A DNA stretch of 64,000 nt from Octopus sinensis (taxonomy: Eukaryota): contig NC_042998.1 of assembly GCF_006345805.1 (NCBI RefSeq), positions 12,524,001 through 12,588,000 on the forward strand, in the 5' to 3' direction. The notes under the pieces are model-generated. The model ran no database searches. It saw nothing but the letters and a program-made list of their open reading frames with translations, and had not been told where the DNA came from. Positions 24,901 to 37,579 of the stretch are shown here, piece after piece (positions within the stretch are counted from its first letter, which is position 1; each line of letters starts with the position of its first letter). A program made the translations under genes and the position numbers.

Positions 24901-25276
24901 AGCCCAGTCTTGTTCTCTTTTGAAAATTTGTTCAAATTTTCGGTAATTTGCATCGAATGTGATTCCTTCTTCCGGGTCATATTTAAATTACTTTATTGAA
25001 TTTGCTACATGGTCTAGCGAAAACGTATTTGCAGGCTTTGTTACCAACTTCATTAGTTGTAGCATTTGTTGCTGTAAAATTTGTTGTTGTTCTTGTTGTT
25101 ATTTTGAGTTGTTGTTGTTGCTGCTTTTGCAACTCAACTAAACACGCTAACAAAGTTTTCCATGATTTTTGTTATTCTCCTGTCTAATTGCTAATTTCTC
25201 TACGTTCAATGCCCCCGCGTTAAATTTCTTTTTTTTTGACGCGGTCTGCTTCAATTGTTTGTATCCGCGTTCCCAC

Positions 25277-25503
25277 TGTTATGAAGTGACTATTGTGACT
25301 GTAGCTGTTCTTCCTACTTTAGTAGCCACGATATTTTTTTGGTATCGGATATAGTGTTTCTCTTCTATACCGGAATGGTAATACACCGCTCCGTCTATCG
25401 TGCTATCGCTGATAGTTCTACAAGACACCGAATTTGAAACGTCTACCACGACTATCACTGCACTCGACTACAACGCGTAACTAACACTTACCTCCAACTG
25501 ACA
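25277..25503 (-). repeat. 5' LTR (truncated) of gypsy element
   Basis: Aligns to the 3' LTR. Followed on the minus strand by gtgggaacgcggat, a possible decayed PBS. Confidence 0.65.
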
Positions 25504-25545
25504 GGTATATCATTTCCCATACAACATACACACACACACACACAC

Positions 25546-25610
<65 letters not shown>

Positions 25611-25611
<1 letters not shown>

Positions 25612-25804
25612 TGTTGTATTTCGGGATGGTCATTCTTTGTCCTCGTGGAGCGAGAGTATCGCTGTAACGGTCACAGATGTGTGATGAAAGCTTTCCGGAC
25701 AATGTACATGAGTTTAAATAAGTGCAATAATAAACGAGTGAAGAACGAATATATAGTGCGTGTGTTTATTTAGTAAAGAAAAATGACGGTCCCGAAATAC
25801 AACG
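25611..25804. mobile_element. 194-bp element with about 23-bp terminal inverted repeats (MITE or solo LTR)
   Basis: ctgttgtatttcgggatggtcatt ... aatgacggtcccgaaatacaacg; internal AATAAA; abuts (TA)n. Confidence 0.6.
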
Positions 25805-25916
25805 ATATCTGTTTCAACTCACACGAAGAATCTTGCAACATAAATTCATACACTCACGTGTATGTATGTAGGTGTGTATGTATGTATATATGTATGTATG
25901 TGTGTATGTATGTATA

Positions 25917-26138
25917 TGAGATGGCGGACTGAAAAGTTCCGGATTTTGGGTAAAAAGAAAGTACTGGAGGATCAGTGAATTCTGATTTTATTCGACATAT
26001 TATCCTCTCAGAATCACACACTTATTGCAGCTGTCTTTCAGTGCTTTTAAGCCCTTACAAAAAGAACTCAGAATGTTGAGCCCGCAACCAGGCCGTTCGC
26101 GACACCCATAATGCCAGGAACTTTTCTGTACTTACTCT
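25917..26138. mobile_element. Non-autonomous mariner-type MITE
   Basis: TA-tgagatggcggactgaaaagttcc ... ggaacttttctgtacttactct-TA; decayed mariner-like TIRs. Confidence 0.65.
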
Positions 26139-26165
26139 TATATATATATGTATGTACATATATAT

Positions 26166-26207
<42 letters not shown>

Positions 26208-26240
26208 ATATATAATATATATATATACATATATATATAT

Positions 26241-26410
26241 AAAGTTAATACAAACATGAAAGCACAAAAAAACACAACAACGTGAGGACGTGGAACAAAT
26301 ATAGTATTATTGGAAGCTCAGGTAAGAAGGAAAGAAAGAGTGTTTAACATTTCGAGCGGAGCTCTTCGTCGGAATCATAGGAGAAGGAAAGGTCCAGAGA
26401 AGGGAAGACA
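26241..26410 (-). mobile_element. Penelope-like pseudo-LTR (subfamily 2)
   Basis: Reverse complement is closely similar to 20585-20785; 3' end abuts (TA)n at 26140-26240. Confidence 0.65.
26342..26376 (-). ncRNA. Hammerhead-like motif (U4C variant)
   Basis: Minus strand GAUU-CCGACGA-A-GAGC-UCC-GCUC-GAAA-UGU-U-AAAC. Confidence 0.5.
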
Positions 26411-27482
26411 TATACACTTCGTTGTATAACAGGAAATATGTGATCTGCGTTAACATTTATTCATATAAGTATTTTGCTGGAACACGAAATGCAAATACAA
26501 ACTCGAAATGCAACGCGTAAATGTTTTAATAAACTCAGCTAGTGACGAAGTATTTTAATAGAGTGTAATAAATTGTACAGCTATCACTTCCCATTACTAA
26601 CCCGATATATCAGCCAATAGCTATCAACGGTAATTTTTAATGAATGATTTCATTAAAAATATGAGAACAAGTAGAATGAGACTAATTATATTTGATGAAA
26701 TAATTATCCGTTCAGTGGAAAATGAAATATTACGAAGCATTATTACTAAATACTCTTTATAATTACACATAATTAAAACAAACACACAGTGCTCATTATA
26801 TACGAAATTTTACAGAGGGTAACTTTAGCAACACATTGCCAGACACACGTATTCATATATACATATTTGTATGGGTATATATACACATTAACACCTTAAT
26901 AGCTTTATTGAAGAACACATTATTTCCAATTATGATGAAAATCGAGAGAACAAATGTGCACATGACACTGTGCTATTGAGGTTTTAATGAATCATACGTC
27001 TGAAATGTGTAACTAAATACATATCTATTAATTTGTTTACAACTTAATCTATCAGACATTCTCTGAACGCAATATCCTTCTGAATCGCCTTTTCTCTTTC
27101 TATCCCTTTGTCTCTCTCTTTCTCTCTTTCTACCTATTTTGATATACATACATATGTATGCCGTTGTCTGAACATCTATGCGTGTGTATATGCTACTGTA
27201 TAGTTGCTTATAAAACTTTATATACATATCCATGTGAATAAGCATACATAAACACCAAATAAGTTCATAGACATATTCAAATATATATGTGTGTGTGTGT
27301 GGGTATTATATATGTATATTATATATATATATATATCACATACACACATGTATATATATATGTATTATATATGTATATTATATATATATATCACATACAC
27401 ACATGTATATATATATATATGTGTATATATATATAGGTATTATATATGTATATTATATATATATATATCACATACACACACG

Positions 27483-27514
<32 letters not shown>

Positions 27515-28028
27515 CACACATACATAAATATACATATATAGAAATTTTCAGATAGTCTTGTATATGTTGTCATGGCTTTTTAGTTTTTTTTTTAACGTGA
27601 TATTCTGAATTTTCTGTAGACCCAAAAAAGTGAATATATCAATGTATCGTGGCATTTTTTGATCTCGTAAATCGCATGTAAATTCCAACGAGTGTTGAAT
27701 TTGGTTAAAAGCATCGAATAACGAGTTGAATAAATATGTACACTGTATACAAAGCAGCACCATTATCGCTGCCTTTAATGTTTAGACGATGGTTAATTTA
27801 CTCTGCTTCTATTGTTACCTAATATCAGAATAGGTAAAGACAAAATATATATAGATATATATAGCAGACGATATATCTAATACAATTTATCAAATCTGTT
27901 CTCGTGTGGAATCTTAGGAAAGATAAACAATATATATGTGTGTCTGTGTGATATGTGTGTGAATGTAAACCTACATATATCGCTATATAGTTATGTATAT
28001 CCATATCTATATTTATCTCTCCGTCTAT

Positions 28029-28072
<44 letters not shown>

Positions 28073-28543
28073 GTCTATCTATCTATCTGTCTATTTATCT
28101 ATCTACCTATCTATCCGTGTGCGTGCGTGCATGTGCGTATGTGTGCGTGTTGTATGTATGTATATATATATATTGAGGTAAAAATATTAGATTTAACTAG
28201 CGTATACATGTAAATGTATGTATATAATCGTACGGATATATGTTGTACGTATGGGTATGTATAAATATTTGCATTTATATACACTTGTTTATTGTCTTGA
28301 TCAAGGCAGGGGCTTTTACAACCTGCTGCCAGATATCGATTTAAAAATAAACAACTTTAAATAAATTATTAATTGTTTTCATCTGCACGCTTACAATCTG
28401 TGTTAACGGAGATCAAATGTGGTTTTTAGAGTCATTTGGCGTCTATTTCTAGCATGTTGGTGGCGATAATCGCATCCTGTCATATAATATTATTATAATT
28501 GTAAATTAACACACACACACGCACACATATATATATTAATATG

Positions 28544-28590
<47 letters not shown>

Positions 28591-29229
28591 GTGTGTGTGT
28601 ATGTATATACATGTATATAGTATATATTCCAACAACGAGTGCTCCAGTTGTTCAGTACCCGGATATACAAGCACATAGACTTTTATCTAAGATGCATTTA
28701 CTTTTGACAGGTGGTCGCATTACAATACGCTGTCTAATAAGGAACGACATAGAAATATGTGTAGAGTGTATCCGATGTCTTCCTCATTGGTTATATCACA
28801 GGAAGCGTTGTGTCTTTTAGTTTGGATTTATTCTACATGTGTAGGAACATATTCGGCTCAAATAATATGTACTAGAACTGAACTCGAAAACTATTAACTC
28901 TGAAGCCAACAATTTAAAAATTAAAAATGTAAACACGTATGGTTACTATTAATTGAAGTTCATTTCTATATGTCTCGCTAAGGGCGAAAGAGCTGGAATT
29001 TTACCTAAATTCAATCTACCTTTATTGGAATTTCAACATCAACAGTGCAGTTGTACATTATACATGCGTCCGTGTATAAGAGCATGTATTTGACGTTATA
29101 ATACGTTCTGATCAGTCTATTTCTCCTTATCTAAGCGGAATTACACATATATATATATGTGCATATGTATTTATTCGCGGACCTTTTTGAAATTATTACA
29201 TATTTTGACAGTTCCCTTAAGGGCTTCGT

Positions 29230-29800
29230 ATCTGTAGTCTTCTAATTAACTTTCTGCTTTCTGTTTTGAGAAAACTAATTGCTCAAGATTGATTCCGAGA
29301 AAGTTATCAACATATCAAGGGCCCCAATAATTACAGGTATATACCTGAACTTGTAGTCCAGGCGGAGTATCAGTATATTTCTCAATAGTTTACTTTTTTT
29401 CAATCTTTAGCTTTATGTCGATATTTACAGTGCTGGTGAATTCCCCTACAATATGGTCTACTCTTCTCTGTCCAACTTATTGTATATGGTCAATTATATT
29501 TCCATTTTATTAGAATTTTCACAAGGACACTCCGCCAATAATAGTGTATATTATGAGAAGTTATGGTCTCTGCCGTACTGAATGCTCTTATATCAATGAT
29601 CTCAAGATTATCCTTCCGACGGATCTTAATGTATAGTGTCTTAACCAGAATACCACATCTTGTTGGTAAATATTGACACTGTGGGTGATATTATCAGTGT
29701 TAACTGTGCAAAGTCTGCATTGGTTATCAGATTTCGTTGTTTTTCCTGTGCCTCTGTCCTTTTTATGCATCAATAATTTGCTAGTTATTTTCTGTTCTGG
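29230..29800 (-). pseudogene. Degraded RLE-type non-LTR retrotransposon fragment (zinc finger plus RLE)
   Basis: NQCRLCTVNTDNITH zinc-finger-like segment and downstream IPVIIGAP-like RLE C-terminal motif; homologous to 12350-12850. Confidence 0.55.
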
Positions 29801-31306
29801 CTTACAAACGTGTACAACTTCGAAGTGAGAGTTAGTGATCCGGTAGTAGGTTCAAGATAAACTGCTTTGATTATGAATGTTGCTATGACCCTGGCGTACA
29901 GCTGATATGCACTCATCTTCTCATCTAAGGATATATTATGGTTGAGTCATGCGACTTCTTTAGGTATACACTCAACATTATCAAGCGAAATATTTCTCGA
30001 TAAGCTGCTATCTAACTTTCAAAATGTTTTCCGCCTCATGTATGCAGAAGCCGACAGTGCATGCACTCCCGCACATTGAGATAAATATATGCTGCTAAAT
30101 TTATATAATATATCCTTCAAAATCTGTCGGAAACAGTGTTAAGCCATTACTCCATGTTTTCATTTTAGGTAGAAGTCTTTATTACCATTGATGAGAAAAT
30201 TATTACAATACCAATTGTGATACAATACCACTGCCAATGCATATTCAATTTTTTGCTTTTTGTTTTAGGGTGTCAAAAATAATTAAATTGCAAATGCTTT
30301 AAATCTAATCTATGTAGTAAGGGCTAAGCAAAGCCTTGTCAGGAAGGTCACCTGAACATTCTTCTTTCATATTTTACTGCATATAGGCTTGACCGCGAAA
30401 ATTCTTTAAAAGCATTTCGTAAACATACTTACATTTGAAGTGAAATAACGATTTAACTATATGACTTTGTCCAGAATTATATCAAACACAAAACATATGT
30501 GTGCACTTTATCAAATTCATAGAGTGTGATATAAAGGTGATATGGCCTTCTTTTATTTAGCTCACCGAAGTATCACATAGTATCACCCTCGCTGGCTGAG
30601 GAAAGCCTTATTAGAAATAGAATCTGAAAGGCTGGCATAAATAACTTCCAAATATACCACCTACTGCTTTCAAACAATACATTGTATACAAAATGGATTG
30701 AAATTCTAGAAATATTACACTAAATAAATTCATATTTCTCATAGACAATGCATATCCTAACAGCATAAATAAGACTGAAGAAAATATTTTACATTTTAAA
30801 GAGTATAATCACTGCAAAAGCATATGCAAAACACACCAACATCACTGTAATATTAAAATTGTTTACGCATTACGGTAACATTCGCTAAAGTGTAGATTGG
30901 AGAAATCAGTGCAGAACGCATATAGTAAAAAATAGAAACGCAAAGCAGCCCCCTCTCACAAGAAGCAAGAAGTGTGTTTGTGGGTGTAGGCGTAGTGTTC
31001 AGACTTACGAGCTTGTGATTCGTTCTGTGGTGGGTCTGTATAATGGTTATCTGTAATTAGTAGACATTAAGGGAAGTAGATACCTGCAAGCCAAAACCTT
31101 TTAACATATTTAATCCGACCACTCAAGAGTGTCCTAAATTCACAAGCATACACACCAGTTTACATATAGATGCATATGTGCACAGCGTGAGAATTCATAC
31201 GTATAACATTATATATACTCAAACATTTCAACACATATGCGTACGCATGAAAATCGCTTATGTTCTTCCACCTATCTCTCTCACATACGAACTCTCTCAC
31301 TCTCTT

Positions 31307-31308
31307 TG

Positions 31309-31346
<38 letters not shown>

Positions 31347-31351
31347 ATATT

Positions 31352-31408
<57 letters not shown>

Positions 31409-31409
31409 G

Positions 31410-31457
<48 letters not shown>

Positions 31458-31485
31458 TGTATATATATATATATATATGCATGTA

Positions 31486-31522
<37 letters not shown>

Positions 31523-31526
31523 ATAT
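31307..31526. repeat. Long imperfect (TA)n microsatellite
   Basis: About 220 bp TA run with few interruptions. Confidence 0.95.
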
Positions 31527-32072
31527 ACATATCTTTCTGTCTCTCTCACTCACTTTCAGTGTATATTTATTTGTTTATTAACATAATATAGAACCTGATT
31601 CATTTTAATGGAAGCGAAATATAATATTTCAATGCAAATAATAACGATAAAAAATAGCAAGACTCAAAATTCATAATATACATTAAACATATTTTAAAAT
31701 CCAGTATCCACACTGACTAAAAGCTTAATATAATTTGCTGCAAACTAAACGTTTTATAACTTGCTAAATGGATTAATGCTTATATAAGAAGCAATTTAGA
31801 TTCAGTATATAGATTCTATATTGAGCTTGTATACGATTCTAGCTTCTGGAACCACATCATTTTTACGTACATATTTTAGAATACAATCTCACATATATAT
31901 ATATTTGTAAACGTACAACCATACATCTATACGTACGCGTATGTATGCCTATATGTATGTATATGCAAATACAGAGATACACATTTATATATATATATTT
32001 ACATGTGTTAGTGCATACATGTATCTCTCTCTTTCTCTCCCTCTCTCTCTACGCACACATACACACACACAC

Positions 32073-32144
<72 letters not shown>

Positions 32145-32942
32145 AATATATACAAAAATATTTCCGGTGTATGTGTGTGTGTGTACAGTGAGAGTAAATG
32201 TAAAAGTGAAAGTGAAACGAGAAGATACGTTTACTTATTCTGGTGTAAGTTGCCTAATAGTTTGGATACTCGTCTATTATTACTGGTTCCTAAGGCAGGC
32301 ATATGATAGGTATTTTGTTATGTAGACAAACACTAGCAACCATACGCATGACACGGCTCACACTGATATAACACACAAACATAGTCACACACACACGCGT
32401 ACACACACACGCACACATATACACACATATACATATCTACACATATATCCATACGCACATACACACACACACACACATATATATATATACTGTTTTACAA
32501 ATATGCACACTCACATATTCCTATTTCGTTCGCATGTATTTATATAAAAATAATGATATTGTCTTCTCGATGCCTCTTGTTATCTTCCTTTTAAAGCACT
32601 TTAGAAACAAACAGGGGTTGAGAAAATAATATTTCAATCCAGGTGGTTGATTGAAGCCGTAGAACCTTAGAGAATGCGTGCTGGCTGCCTGCGCTTCCTT
32701 TGTTCAAAATCTCAATAAGGCCAATATATCCTACTGCATATTACTTAAATCATTTGGTGAAACTTCTGAGATATTCAACTATCTGATGTACCAATATTAA
32801 ACACACTTCACGGTGACGTATTGGTTATGAAGCGCATCATCAAAACGTGATCGTGAGAAATTCAGGCAGAACAATTGATATGCAAATATAGATTTCAGTA
32901 AATTGAGACATATTCCTAAGGACCTATATATATTATATATAT

Positions 32943-33382
32943 AATGTGAAGTATATTTGACACTTAAATGTGGCTAACCACTAAGGGTGGATGCTTCTGT
33001 AGCTTGTAGTCCCAAGAGAACATCTTCTACAGCTGGCAATTGACACATTCTATGCCCTATCAGTATTTGCCTGTTTACACTTTTTCGAGATCGGTGACTT
33101 TTCGTCACTGGAAAAAGGATATATCTATCTGCATTGGGACCCCTTCGCATCGAAGACCGGTGATTGTCGTGCGCTGACGACGGGTAAATACCCAGAAACC
33201 AAGGTCCGTGCGTATCACGTCAGGTCGACGATGGGAAGGATGGCTTCCCTTTGCAAATACTGATAGGACACAGAAAGTGTGTCGATAGCCAGCTGGAGAA
33301 GATATTCTCCTGGGGCTACAAGCTACAGTAGCATCCACCCTTAATGGTTAACCACATTTAAGTGGCAAATATACTTCACATT
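32943..33382. mobile_element. Fold-back / MITE-like element with about 130-bp inverted arms
   Basis: Arms 32943-33070 and 33253-33382 (aatgtgaagtatatttgacacttaaatgtgg... / ...ccacatttaagtggcaaatatacttcacatt), roughly 90% complementary by eye. Confidence 0.85.
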
Positions 33383-34474
33383 GTCGTGCAGCTACTGTTT
33401 ATACCTCGTTCAGAGATTTATTATTGCTGATGTATGTATATATATATATATATATATGAAATTAAGAGGAATGACCACTAGAGGAGTTATCTTATGCTAT
33501 AATAGATTCTGGCATCCTATATCAAAGTGAGTGCTGGCCCTGATATGGGATCCAGAATCTATTACAGCACAAGTTAACCTATACTGTATTTTCTATTAAT
33601 TAGATCGTGTACGTAACTGCCTACTGATGTGGAATTGCTGTGGTCTTTATATTTAAATGAGTTAAAATGTGCATAATATCTCTGTTTAAAATTAGTAGTT
33701 GATCCAACATAGTAGCCAACGGGAGTTATTTAACATGTAGTGGATGGTGCAGAAGATTTAAAGTGGTATTCAAAATGTTACATAAATTACAGGACAATAA
33801 TTTGTTCCGGATATCTTTGGCTCTAAAATGAAATCGGGGGAAGGCCAACTTTACTCCTCATCATTTGGTGATCAATAAATGTAAACAACATAAGTGAGGA
33901 ATAGAATGCTGAAATTTGTAGATCATTGGCTGAAAGATATGAAGTTCCGGCTGTTTACGTTCTGGGTTCGTGTATGACCGAGCTATTAAATTGCCGTATT
34001 TACCCTCACTAATTAATCATTGTATTTAATTGAAGTTAACTTCATTGTATCTCATCCGAGCGTTTTAATATAACTTCTCCACAGTTGTGGCTTAGCTCTG
34101 AAGCGAAATGCTGGATGCCTTGACGAATTTCTACCTACCTTTATTTATGGTAATTCGCTGGTAGTCTTAGCGTATTGCCGGTGTTCATACCACTGCCTGG
34201 ATGTTTGGGATTTTTAGCAATTTAGATACATGCATTATAATCATATTGAGGACTTCGGGATAACTTCTTTCTTTGTGCCAATCTTTGCAGAAGCCTTACA
34301 TGATACTTTCTTTCATACTTATATTGCTTAAAATTGTTTCGAGTGGGAGTAGTTGATTTCATAGACTCCAATAATAGACTGGTATTTATTTTATTCCCCT
34401 TGAAAAGATTAAACGCATAGTCGATATCTAAGGAGTTTGGACCCGCAATATATAAAAGCCTTAAATAATGGTTT

Positions 34475-34910
34475 TAACTATTAGCATTAGGCATGCAATT
34501 TTAAGGAAGGGCATAAGTTGATTACATCTCTAGCGTTCAACCGGTACTTCATTTATCGATTCCGAAGGATGAACCGCAAAGCTGATTTTGATGGAATTTG
34601 AGCTCAGAACACGAAGACGGATAAAATGCTGCAAAAAACATTCTGTCCGGTGTGCTAATGATTCTGCCAGCTCCTCGCATTAGAAGCCTTAAATAATGGT
34701 TTCAAATCCTGGTACAAGGCCAACAATTTAGCGGAGAAGATAATTCGCTTACATTGACACCAGTACTCCACTGGCGCTTATTTAATCGACCCCAAAAGCA
34801 TAACGGGTATAGTCGATCCCAGCGGAATTTGAACTCAGAAATTAAAGACGGACGAAATACCCCTAAACATTTCACCGTGTGTGCTAACGATTTCACCAAC
34901 TCACCGCATT
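34475..34910 (-). mobile_element. Tandem pair of degenerate family-B2 SINEs
   Basis: Two head-core-tail units (34910-34703 and 34683-34475). The exact 19-bp repeat aagccttaaataatggttt at 34456-34474 and 34684-34702 flanks the second unit. Confidence 0.7.
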
Positions 34911-35586
34911 AGAAAATGAAAGATGAACTGAACACATCTTCTTCTTCCTGACTATTGTAAAAAAAAAACAAGCAGTTGGTAACACATACAATAAATGTTT
35001 TTATTTCAGTAATTTGAGCAATTTGCTTCTGAAAAATTGTAAGTTGTTTCAGGAATAATCCTATTATATATAATTTTGAATTATCTCTTAATTAAATTAT
35101 AATCGATCTCGAAAGAAGCCTCATGCACTTTGGTGGAGATGTGTAAAACTCAGCCCACGTAAATTTTGGTCTCTTAGAAACTCTAACTTTTTAACATTTT
35201 CTCTACTTAAGTCTCATTAATGACCATTAGTGATAGTTGAACATTTCGAAATATGAAATACACAGGAATTTGCGTTGGACCTTTTTTTTTTTTAATTTGA
35301 AAATAATTGTAATAATTAAATACTCATTAGCTTCAAATAATCTAATCGAGAAAATGGACATATATTTATTCATTTATAATTCTCATAGAAAATATATTTT
35401 AATTGTTAATATTTTTGCAGAAATATTTACTCAAAATTACCATATGCAATTAAACAAATAAGCAAATATACGTGCTTGTTTATGTGCGAGATAGTATAAA
35501 TTTAGTACATATTTTGATACATATATTTGTGAAATATGAAATATACAATATATATAAATACGTAATATTCACCCTACATATAAATA

Positions 35587-35727
35587 TTAGGTTGTCCCAA
35601 AAGTTCGTAAACACTTGCGAAAATTGAACTTTTACTCGCCAAGTACTAACAAAAACAACAAAAATTATCCCTCAAAATAAAGACCATTATTTTCCAAGAC
35701 TTTCTACGAACTTTTGGGACAACCTTA
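35587..35727. mobile_element. 141-bp mariner MITE
   Basis: TA-ttaggttgtcccaaaagttcgta ... tacgaacttttgggacaacctta-TA; 23-bp TIR, 22/23 match. Confidence 0.85.
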
Positions 35728-36210
35728 TATATACATACACCTGTAATATAATGTAGTGCAGGAGAATTCGAGGGCAGGAACTCGTTGTTCGCAGGGGAGT
35801 GGTTTCGCACCCATAAGGCGGCGAGCTGGCAGAAACGTTAGCACGCCGGGCGAAATGCGTAGCCGTATTTCGTCTGCCGCACATGTGTTCGTGAAGTAAG
35901 AATTGCTGTTTCGTGGTGTTAATATTGTTAACAACTGTTGTTTCTTGTTAAACTGTTGAATAACTTAACTGTTGGAGTTTTCAATTGAAAACACTTAGTG
36001 CTTGTGGTAGCACGCGTTGTTCATTCCCCCTTTGGGGGGAAGAATGTCGTCTAGTATGGAGCCTACCGTTGGAGCAGAAATACTTGTTTCTCCTGTTGAG
36101 AGGAGGAAATACATGTCCGGCGAGGAGCCAACTACAGACAAGGAAATAGGGGTTTCCCCCGCTACAAGAAGGAATAGCAGAGAGGATAATATATTGATAT
36201 TTTTGGAGAT

Positions 36211-37530
36211 GTGTCTGAGAGCTCGTCAGAACTTTCACCAGAAGAGTTTCCGACTTTGCCAGAGAACAAAGGCATTGTGTCGAAGAGAATAATTGATGTG
36301 CCTAGCATCCAGATAGAACCAAAAAATGGGAAAAAAAGTTTTGCGTTGGCTGCTGGGGGTGGAACCCAGATACTGTCGACGAATAAAAGCGAAATTATGA
36401 AATACAGCAAAATGATGGAAATAAATGACAACAGTGTGAAAATTGAACCTCCGCAAAAGTTATTACAGGAAGAAAAGCAAAAAACAATAATTTTCAAAAC
36501 ATATTGTCTACAAAATAGAAAAATTGAAAGAATGTCAGAAGAGAAAATAGAAAAGTGCTTAAAGCCAATATTGGGCGACGTAGTATTTCTGAGAAGAGGA
36601 AAAAAATTCGGAACGGTGGAAGTAAGGTTCACCAATAAAGAAATAGCACACAAGAACTCAGTGGAAACGTTGAAAACGAACGACGTGGAGTTAATACCCT
36701 ATTATATGGGGATGAGGACGTCGCGAATAAAAATTACAAGGGTCCCGCCAGAGGTCGAACCTATGTGGTTGTTGGCGGCAGTCCTAATCAAAGAGGTAGA
36801 AAAAATTACTCTCCTCCAGGCTACCGCTACGGAAAACCCACGCTGGGATGGTAAAACAATTAATCTTCTCATTCAAGCGGACCCGAAAATAATTCAAACA
36901 ATTCCTGAGACAATTGAGGTAGGGGAGGAGAACCTCGTGGTGTTTGTTGAGGGCCGAAAACCTCGATGTTTTTTATGTGGTCAATTAGGCCACATTCGAA
37001 GGAACTGCAAGGAAAATGAAGAAGAGGAGGAAGAGGAAAAAAAAGACAAAGAGGAAGAAGATAAAGAAGAAACAGATGAGAAAAAAACAACAAACAAAAG
37101 AAAAATACAACCAGCAACCCAGCCGAGAGCGGCGACTACTACAGAACAACGACCAAAAAAGACTGCCAGAAGAGAAAAAGAAGAAAAAGGCATAATAGCC
37201 GTATACACTAAAGATACTGAGCTCATGAGAGACATTCAACTCATAAAGACTGTAAAAAAAATTGATAACCTTTCAGAGGAATTTATCAATTACGACATAT
37301 ATGAAGTCTCAAATAAGACTTATAGAATTCTACAAAATAAGTACAGAAAGACTGTATCTTCATTGAGATTAGATTTTAACAAGTCGATATTTCATGGATT
37401 ACCAGCTCCGATCCCGCGAGAAAAGGAAACGGTGGAGATTCCCCCTCCACCTGATAATTCTGTGTCGGTGGTGAGACGGGATTTTGACAAATCTATTTCC
37501 CAAGACCGTCCACCTCCGACCCTGGATTAA
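36211..37530 (+). CDS. LINE ORF1 protein (gag-like, CCHC zinc knuckle, acidic tract)
   Basis: 439-aa ORF with CFLCGQLGHIRRNC and an upstream RRM-like segment (LRRGKKFGTVEVRF). The true start and stop may be shifted by small indels. Confidence 0.8.
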   Translation: MSESSSELSPEEFPTLPENKGIVSKRIIDVPSIQIEPKNGKKSFALAAGGGTQILSTNKSEIMKYSKMMEINDNSVKIEPPQKLLQEEKQKTIIFKTYCLQNRKIERMSEEKIEKCLKPILGDVVFLRRGKKFGTVEVRFTNKEIAHKNSVETLKTNDVELIPYYMGMRTSRIKITRVPPEVEPMWLLAAVLIKEVEKITLLQATATENPRWDGKTINLLIQADPKIIQTIPETIEVGEENLVVFVEGRKPRCFLCGQLGHIRRNCKENEEEEEEEKKDKEEEDKEETDEKKTTNKRKIQPATQPRAATTTEQRPKKTARREKEEKGIIAVYTKDTELMRDIQLIKTVKKIDNLSEEFINYDIYEVSNKTYRILQNKYRKTVSSLRLDFNKSIFHGLPAPIPREKETVEIPPPPDNSVSVVRRDFDKSISQDRPPPTLD

Positions 37531-37579
37531 AAAAAGGTGGAGGTCCCCCTCCACCGGACAATCCTAATTAAACAGGTAA

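Larger units (their letters stand above)
22681..25503 (-). mobile_element. Internally deleted Ty3/gypsy LTR retrotransposon
   Basis: Direct repeats at about 22681-23015 (3' LTR, begins TG after PPT AAAAGAGGAGA at 23016-23026) and about 25277-25503 (truncated 5' LTR). Between them are gag (zinc knuckle CFHCGNKGY), protease (MQLETGSDITIIN) and the RT N-terminus (FRPQRNVPF...LRACADL...NYPLP), then a jump to the 3' end. Confidence 0.8.

Noticed and set aside
34370-34910. Direct repeats with spacers resembling a CRISPR array
   Set aside because: Only two repeats 228 bp apart, explained as a TSD between SINE units in eukaryotic DNA.
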